A DNA stretch of 64,000 nt. It comes from Eledone cirrhosa. Taxonomy: Eukaryota. The stretch is taken from the NCBI GenBank assembly GCA_964016885.1, contig OZ024742.1, forward strand, positions 128,402,001-128,466,000, given 5' to 3'. The notes under the pieces were generated by a model. The model did no database searches. It was not told where the DNA came from and saw nothing but the letters and a program-made list of their open reading frames with translations. This document shows, piece by piece, positions 54,151 through 64,000 of the stretch. The translations under genes and the position numbers were made by a program. How positions within the stretch are numbered: position 1 is the stretch's first letter; each line of letters opens with the position of its first letter.

Positions 54151-54256
54151 TGGGGATTCCTTTCTTTGTTTCTGTGCCTCTCCTTTTGTTTCTGTGAAAC
54201 AAAATGGCGTAGGACAGAACAAAGGAGAGGCACAGAAACAAAGAAAGGAATCCCCA

Positions 54257-54299
54257 GTCACTGAAGAGGTCACAGAGTGTGTGACGAAAGAACTATGAC
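54257..54299 (+). ncRNA. Minimal type-I hammerhead ribozyme
   Basis: gtca-CTGAAGA-g-gtcac agagtgt gtgac-GAAA-gaac-TA-tgac. Confidence 0.82.
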
Positions 54300-54510
54300 A
54301 ATATATAAACAACTATCTAGTTGTGGAACCAACCAACCAACCAGAAATTTATAAATTTATAAATTTATTATAAATTTATTATAATAAATTGAAGTGAAAG
54401 CAACTGGTGCGTGTGTTTCTTATTGGCAACATGACCCTCCCTAAGTATAACAATATCGGTTTCAACACACGATTTCAGATAAAGAATCTTGCTAAACAAA
54501 TTCAGAAACG

Positions 54511-54561
<51 letters not shown>

Positions 54562-54604
54562 GTAAGAAATCCAAGGCCAAGAGTTTTACCACTATATATC
54601 ATTG

Positions 54605-56240
54605 TTATCATCATCATCACTGTTTAACATCCATTTTTCCATGCTAGTGTGGGTTAGATGAGTTGTCCCACGTGAGACAAGCCAAATCAGATAACCCTGT
54701 CATGCTCATACAGAACTGATTTTGGCTTGGTTTCTATGGCTGGATGACCTTCTTAAAACCAACCACATTTACAGTGTGTACTGGGTACTTTCTGTCCTGA
54801 CACCTACATGACCACTTTACAGTATGGGCTGGGCAATTTTTGTCTAGACACCTATATGACCACTTTACAGTGTGGGCTGGGGGGTGCATGGGGATGGAAG
54901 AGGTAGATCTAGGGATGGGGGTAGGGACGTTAGTGAAGGGTGGGGTATTAGGACGTGAGTGGGGAAGGTAGAGGAAAGTGGTGCATACAGAATGCATGTT
55001 TCAACCTGTGCATAGGGGAATATACCAGCGATACCGCATAATACCAGCGATCTCGATCCTGTGTCAACATCTGTGAGAGGGGCAATTGTTCAAGGTCAGC
55101 TTTTATCACCTCATCTCAAGTCTTCTTAGGTCTTCCTACTCCATAGCTTCCTTCAACGTTCAGTGCCTTGCACCTTTTTATACAGCTGTTATCCTTTATA
55201 TGCATCACATGTCCATACCAGTGCAATCTCTTCTCTTGCATATTGCATGTGATCCCTCTTATGCCTAGTTTCTCTCTCAGCTCATTTATGCTTTGCTGTT
55301 CGTGTATATTACTATTACACATCCATCTAAGCATGACAGCTTCATTTCTTTCCAATATTCACAGGTCCTCAGTATACAGAACCCAGATTTCGCTACCATG
55401 CAACATCGCTGCTCCTATACACGCATCTTACAATCTGCCCTTTTTTTAAAGGAAACACCTTTAGTAGTTAGCAGTGGTAGTAGCTCCCTCATTTATTTCC
55501 ATCCTGTCCTCACTCTGGCTACAGTACTTTCCAAATACCCACCTCCACTGCTAATGTGGTCTCCCAGGTAACAGAAGCTGTCAACTGCTACTACGGAACC
55601 TTCCAAAAATTTGATAGCACTTGTTTCCTGTGAGCATTTGTTACTTACTGTGCCTGTGCAACAGTCACATGTAAAACCTACATTCTTAGCTAATTTATCT
55701 TGGATTTCACTATATCTTTTGTGTACCCATAGCTTACATTTGATACAGAGGATGGAATTTCTACCTACCTCTTTCCTACACACTGAGCAGGGCAATTTCC
55801 CAGAAGAGTCAGGCCCTTGTTTTCCTTACTACTTATTAGGACTTTAGTCTTTGTCAAGATGACTTTAAGAACTTTTGATTCAAAGTTATGCTTCCAGGTC
55901 AGGAATTTATCTCTATTTCTGACATGGATTCAGCTATGAGAGTTAGGTCATCAGCATACAGGAGTTCCCAAGAGCATCCTGTTGGACTCTCCTGATGATT
56001 TCTTACAAATAAAACATTCAATTCTTCTTACATTCAGCTTTCTTCTCAACTCCCTAGTGCTGACGTTCACTCACACTAACATTACACATCCAGTGTAGCA
56101 TGCATGATATTTAGCTGTTGCAGATCTGCACTCAGGTTCCATGTATTGCTGCCATGCATCATAGCAGTCCGTACACAGACATCATATAGTCTGCCCTTCA
56201 TTTTGAAGAAGAAAGTTTTTTGTTCTAACTCTGGCTGTGA
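54605..56240 (-). mobile_element. Degenerate RTE LINE fragments
   Basis: CSVCRKEVGRNSILCIKCKLWVHKR, ERNEAVMLRWMC, WELLYADDL; a second short piece at ~56040-56240. Confidence 0.85.
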
Positions 56241-56248
56241 CACGTATA

Positions 56249-57530
56249 CAGGGTGCGGACGATATTTGTTCGCAAGATTACTGTTTAGGAAAAAATAACA
56301 CAGTAGTTTTATTTCTTAAGATATATTTATCAAACTTGGGTCAGTTTGTCTTTCGATTGCACTCGATAAACCCGCCATTGGCTTTGATGACGGCCACAAG
56401 GCGGCCTCGGAACCGGCTAAAGGCCTTCGTCGCTGTCCCCCCAACTTAGGCCCCTAAAGGCACTTGTGATCCTGGCCTTCAGATCGTCTTTCGTATTGCA
56501 GCTAGATTGTGTTGGTGTCTCGTTCCACTGCGCCCCAAGCAAAGAAGTCAGGTGAGCTGGGAGGCCAGATGTCAGGTGAAGTGTGGTCGATGAAGTTCTC
56601 TGACAGCCAGGCTTGGGCCTTTCAGCTAGTATGGCAGGGCGTTGAGTCTTGCTGCCACACGTACGGCCTACCTGCAACTACCTGGTCAATCCAGGGCTTT
56701 GCTACTTCGCTCAGAATGCGGATGTAGCCATCGGTGTTCAGCTTGAGGCCCTCAGGGAAGGAGTGAGGTGGCATGACGTCAACTTGACTGCTGACGACAC
56801 CTAAGACCAATGTTGTCGCTGGAAACTTTGACAGCATGACTCTGGGCACGTCTTTGGATGAGATAGCGAGCCACCTGTTGTTTTGGGAGTTGATCTTCTG
56901 GTCTTGGCAGAAGTTTTTCTCGTCGGAGAAAAAACCACAGCATGTCTGGCTCTAGTGGGTGTTTCAACTTGTTGATCAGCTTCTTTGCGTGCTTCAGTCG
57001 CTTTTCTTGCATCGCCTTTGACAGAAATTGTCCTTTCTTCATCTTGTATGAAACGTAGCGAATGTCTTCATGTACCACCAGCCTAAAGAGCTTTTCATCC
57101 ACGCCTTTCTCCCTTGCAATGGCACGCATCGACTTGCTAGGTTCATTGTTGATGATATCCTGAACTTCAGCAACGAACTCGGGCGTTCTGAAGGCGTCAG
57201 ATCGTCGATCATGTGTTTTCCTGTCTGATGTTGCTTCATAGTCGAATCCTGAATCTTCCAATTCCTTTCTGACCGTTTCCACCATTCTCCTGCTGACGGT
57301 GAGAAAGTCTGAAATTTCTTTATTTGTCCTCCCGGCATGGATTCCAAGAAGAACTCCATGTCTCTTCCACAAATTTGGAGGTTCAAAATTATTCATAATC
57401 AATTATTCTGAAAATAAATAATGAAAATATAGTAATTGTTTTTATGAAGACAAGAGTGACAACGGAAGTTAAAAAAATTTGTATAAAATTAGCCGTTGAA
57501 AATTGCGAACAAATATCGTCCGTCCACACC

Positions 57531-57533
<3 letters not shown>
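56249..57533 (-). mobile_element. Tc1/mariner DNA transposon (maT/DD37D-like), full length with broken transposase
   Basis: TA|CAGGGTGCGGACGATATTTGTTCGCAA ... TTGCGAACAAATATCGTCC(gtcc)ACACCCTG|TA; WFF(S)DEK across a frameshift in the A run ~56930, WQQDSTPCH, WPPSSPD. Confidence 0.92.
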
Positions 57534-57588
<55 letters not shown>

Positions 57589-57590
<2 letters not shown>

Positions 57591-58585
57591 TCATCATCAG
57601 CATTTTACACCACTTTTCCTTGCTTGCAAGAGTGGGATGGGTCCTATTCAGCACAGCATCTATCCATTCGTCACTGTTCTTCGTCAGCTCTCACCACCTG
57701 CGCCCATGTTTTTCGTCGTCTTTCTCGACTGCGTCTTCCTTCCACTGGGATTTCTTGGTACTCCTTCACCCATCGGTCATCCTCCAAGCGCATCACATGT
57801 CCATACCAATGCAGTCTTCTCTTCCGCACACTACAGCCTATCCCTCTTATACACAATTTGTCTCTCAACTTGTCTATGCTTGGTCGTTCACGCACATTGA
57901 CATTGCACATCCAACGGAGCATGCTTGCTTCATTTCTCTCCAACCGTTGCATATCCTCCACAGTTCCTGCCCGTGTCTCACTATCATGCAGCATCGTGCA
58001 TCTCACACAGGTATCATATAACAGGCCTTTCATTCGTAAGGAGAAATCCTTCTTTCTCAACAGAGGAAGCAGCTCCCTAAACTTCTTCTAACGCATCCTT
58101 ATTCTAGATACTATGGCCTCAGAGCACCCTTCTCCCTACTAATCTGATCACCTAGGTATTGGAAGCTTTCAACCACCTCTATAGATCCTACCTGCATTTG
58201 AAAAATGTGTCTATCACTGCGAATTATACTGTCAAATTTCCCTGTACATCTACTGCATATGTAGTTTTTCCTACCTGTTAGTTTGCTTGTCCTCCCACTA
58301 CATCTCTTGTGTACCCAAAATCTGCATTGTGTACATTTTATCTCCTACGTATCGAACATGGCCATTTCCCTGATGGAATCAGAGTTGTGTCCCCTTTTCT
58401 ACTTATCAACACCTAAGTCTTAGCTAGGTTCATTCTCAGTACTCTTGATTCCAACTGCTGTTTCCATAGCGAGAATTTATTCTCTAGCTCCTTTATTGAT
58501 TTTGCTATAAGAACCAGATTGTCAGCATAGAGAAGTTCCCATGGACAGCCAGTCTTAAACTCTTCTGTTATGGCTTGGAGGACTA
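57589..58585 (-). mobile_element. RTE LINE 3' fragment of a third subfamily
   Basis: KGLLYDTCVRCTMLHDSET...RRLHWYGHVMRL; (CAT)n tail. Confidence 0.88.
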
Positions 58586-58600
58586 TCTATCTATCTATCT

Positions 58601-60632
<2,032 letters not shown>

Positions 60633-60729
60633 TAGAAGGGGTATTTAATTTGTTGGACTATCCAGAGGAATATCCAACCGATAAGGTATGATTTTCATGG
60701 GTATGTCTCTATTTATAAAACAAACTTTG

Positions 60730-60792
60730 TATTTTATCTGAGGAAAACGTACCAATGTGTATTGGTACCCTTGAAATATATATAATAAAATA
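60730..60792 (+). ncRNA. Type-I hammerhead ribozyme in a ~205-bp island between (AT)n tracts
   Basis: tattttat-CTGAGGA-aaac gtaccaat gtgt attggtac cctt-GAAA-tatata-TA-ataaaata; 8-bp stem I, palindromic stem III. Confidence 0.78.
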
Positions 60793-60842
60793 AATATGGT
60801 TTTATAAATATAGTTTCCATTTATTTAATATCATTATATATT

Positions 60843-60902
<60 letters not shown>

Positions 60903-62990
60903 GTAGAATAATCGAGTATCGAAAAATCGGCGCACGAGTTCACGATAAACAAAATTCGAAATGAGCGGCAGAGGGCTCAATAATTCAGATAAATCAGAGC
61001 TATAACTATCGTTAAAATACCGACACACATAGAACATGTCTAAAATCAACCATACGACCGAAAAATTACGATCTGGAAGATTCGGGACACTCAGATAAAA
61101 TATCAATAAATCAATTAAAATAACAGATTAAAGTTTAAGCAAAGAATCGCTGCTTTCACCCTTAACGGGATCTTCTGAAACTAACAAAGTCAATCTGTAA
61201 ACGCAGAACTGGATATTTCAAAAAACGTTGCAACCGGAGGAAGACCGGAAGACGATACTTTGGTTCGTGGAAACGTTCGCTGGCAAAGAACGGGAAAAAA
61301 CGAATAATACGTCATTAATAGGAGCGGTGAAAAACAATTACGCGCAAAGACAGAACCACGTTTATGGTATAAAAGAGGTCGTAGACTAATGTTCTCTTAG
61401 GTGGTGCATAGAGACGTTCTCTGGCAATGAATAAAAAAACGAAGATAATAAGTCATATGTGGAGCGTGGAGAACAATAGCACGCAAAGACAAAACCACGT
61501 AAATGGTATAGCAGAAGTTGTAGACTAAGATTCTAACTAGGAGACCAAATGAATCTCCGCTACAGAGTTAAGAACAAAGTAAATAAATACAATACAGAAG
61601 TAATAGAAACAAATAAATACATCCACGCAAACAGATACGTACATACACAAGCATACGCAAAACCTTACCATAGGTATACAAAACCACGCACATATAAATA
61701 TGTGTGTGTGTGTATGCTTGTGTACAAATAAATAAATAATTATATAAACGTATATAAGTAAATAAATACGTATATAACAAGCTCACACACATACCTACAA
61801 ATAAATACACGAGTGTTCGGAGACGTAAGTCAACTAAAACAAGAAGTATACATATACACACACCCACCATACGTACGAACCTGCATACTCACGCAGACGC
61901 AAAACTCCCGTATACACATAGCCAAAGCCTAAATACCAGAATATGTAAAAAATTATACGCCATAACAGTCAAATATACGTACGAGAAGGTATACATACCT
62001 TCACAAAACATACGGGTAATATATACTTACCTATGCAAATAAGTAAAGGAATAAACAAAACATATACTTAGTTCCCACATCAAGACGTAAAATATCCACG
62101 TATAGATCGTGTTATCCGTTAGGGTATAACGTGGGGCTGTAATACAGGAAAGTTTTGTGCAATTTATGTTTACAAGCCGAAATTGCCTCAGATTTTTTGT
62201 TTAAGATGTGGTCTGTGGCGTAGAGTATTTCCAGGGCTTCAGCGGCGCAGAGGTCACATGGTCTTTTATTTCCGTTATACGATCTAGCCCTAGCTAGGAT
62301 CTCCCAGTGTAACTTATATTGGGTGTGGTTGTCTTTTAGACTCCAGATATAAGCTGAAAGTGACGTCATATTCCTTCTTAGAAAGTAACGAAAAGAATGG
62401 GTATGCATGTAAAGACGCTGCTTGAAACTATTGGCGGTTAACCCTATGTAGGCCCTACGGGACGTGGGTGTTACAACCTTACATTTGTAGACAATGTTAC
62501 TAGAGAACCATTTCCCGGATAGGGGGCAATCAGCCCGATTCCTACAATTACAGTTAGTACTAACTACAGGGTTGCACGTGTTCCTACAGCTAGGTAGTTT
62601 AGCTAAATTTGAAGCTGTGATGTTATGTGCAAGGTTAGGAGTCGTAGAGTAAGAAATTTTAATAGTATTTCTATTAAAAATTTTACTATATTTATGTGTA
62701 GGGGGAAAATGCTTCGTAATAAGGGAAAGAAAGATCTTAGCTAATGGTGTGGCCACCTCCATATTATATGGTGGGTTAAACCAACAAATGCGACGGGATC
62801 TATTTCTTCTAGGTCTATTTTCGTACTCTGTATATGCTACCTTATCGACAAATCCACTTCGAGCAAGAGCTTCATTGTAATAAGTGGAATGGTCGTTGAA
62901 AATGCGCTCGTTGGTGGAAAGACGGGAAAGCCTCAACGAAACGTTTTTTTACCAGGTTCTTGGTTATGCTGGCAGGATGGTTGGAATGCT
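60903..62990 (-). mobile_element. 5'-truncated Naiad-type Penelope-like element with 3' UTR/pLTR
   Basis: ORF 62112..62936: WFNPPY, KIFNRNTIKISYS, CNCR..CPL, IVYKC..YIGLT..FKQR (GIY-YIG), CDLC..E, LNK; ~1.2-kb tail with a hammerhead-like motif; (AT)n at the 3' end. Confidence 0.88.
61132..61182 (-). ncRNA. Variant hammerhead (core CAGAAGA) in the PLE 3' pLTR
   Basis: agttt-CAGAAGA-tccc gttaa gggt-GAAA-gcag cgattct ttgc-TT-aaact. Confidence 0.55.
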
Positions 62991-63013
62991 TACTTATGTA
63001 ATTTTATTATTAT

Positions 63014-63048
<35 letters not shown>

Positions 63049-63050
<2 letters not shown>

Positions 63051-63135
63051 CATTTACCATCTGTTCTTTTTACTAGCAATTTTATATATATATATATATA
63101 ATTGCTAGTAAAAAGAACAGATGGTAAATGATTAT
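63049..63135. repeat. Perfect ~33-bp inverted repeat around (AT)n
   Basis: ATCATTTACCATCTGTTCTTTTTACTAGCAATT / AATTGCTAGTAAAAAGAACAGATGGTAAATGAT. Confidence 0.92.
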
Positions 63136-63138
63136 ATA

Positions 63139-63203
<65 letters not shown>

Positions 63204-63311
63204 TTTGTGCACCCATAGCTTGCATACAAACTTAGACCTACAGTCAGTAGGCACCTCTTAACCCAATATACGCCATTGTTATTTTATTATAATAAAATAA
63301 TTTTATAAATA

Positions 63312-63645
63312 AAAATGGCGTAGACATTACAATACATACAATACAGCAGGGGAAACATGATAATAGAACCACTGATGATGTTGCAGATGTGCAACGAAAG
63401 AACTTTGTTAGACTATATATATGTATTTATATCTGTATTTTTGACTGTTGGTCAGTCAGTGGTAAACATTGATGGCCAAATGAATTAACTATGGAGATAT
63501 AAAAGATACAGAAGTGAAAACCAACTAGTGAGTGTGTTCTGTTATTATTTCTGGCAATATTATTACAACAATATGACCCTCCACAAGTATAACAATATTT
63601 GTTTCAACACACGATTTCATATCAAAAAATTGCAAAACAAATACA
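63312..63645 (+). mobile_element. Second, diverged member of the 54.2-kb hammerhead element family
   Basis: Shares AAAATGGCGTAG start and ATGACCCTCC..AAGTATAACAATAT..GTTTCAACACACGATTTCA end; followed by (AT)n. Confidence 0.8.
63367..63409 (+). ncRNA. Minimal type-I hammerhead ribozyme
   Basis: acca-CTGATGA-t-gttgca gatg tgcaac-GAAA-gaac-TT-tgtt; one stem I mismatch. Confidence 0.75.
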
Positions 63646-64000
63646 TATATACAGTATATATATATATATATATATATACAAATGATGAATCAAAACATAT
63701 CAGATATGTTTATAATAGCTCAATAGACTTTATCTAGAGCCATAATAACCAAATTAAAAGATATATGTATATATATATAGAGAGAGAAAGAGCCATATAT
63801 CGTAAAATAAACATGGTATACTGTATATATACCAAATACATATTCAATAGAAGAATATGTACACAGGTGAAATCGTAAGTGAAACCTTATAGTGCTTTTT
63901 CATACCTGGAAAGTAGGGCAAAAAATTGATCTATGTAATCGATCATCGATAAAAAAATCAATCAATAAATTCGATCATTGAAGACACACTATCGATTATG

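Larger units (their letters stand above)
53954..54512. mobile_element. Hammerhead-bearing pLTR/retrozyme-like element (54201-54512, +) preceded by an inverted partial copy
   Basis: ~240-bp near-perfect arms; ends in (AT)n; homologous to 63312-63640. Confidence 0.85.

Noticed and set aside
62490-62560. Selenocysteine recoding in the Naiad-like PLEs
   Set aside because: No in-frame TGA at the Cys positions checked in either copy; one TGG replaces an expected Cys, which is too weak; no SECIS identified by eye

Overview
Eukaryotic, AT-rich, microsatellite-dense animal DNA. The SINE/LINE mix suggests a cephalopod (octopus-like), which is an inference. The only supportable host coding feature is a minus-strand exon (23685->21429) encoding a signal peptide plus ~80 copies of an 8-aa Thr-rich mucin-like repeat, ending at a phase-1 GT donor. 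The rest is mostly mobile DNA: a near-complete Tx1-clade LINE and two partial relatives, six 5'-truncated R4/Dong-like RLE retrotransposons, many RTE LINE pieces, several Penelope-like (PLE) remnants, tRNA-derived SINEs (some in tandem arrays), a maT-like Tc1/mariner, a non-autonomous Helitron, a solo LTR and MITEs. Two patterns stand out. First, at least five well-formed minimal type-I hammerhead ribozyme motifs, plus decayed ones, lie in short non-coding islands set in (AT)n tracts, often with fold-back arms. Second, retroelement families appear to partition the microsatellites: Dong-like in (TAA)n, an RLE family stacked four times in (CATA)n, Tx1 in (TAT)n or (TC)n, and PLE/ribozyme islands in (AT)n. 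Everything was read by eye; no database search or folding was run.
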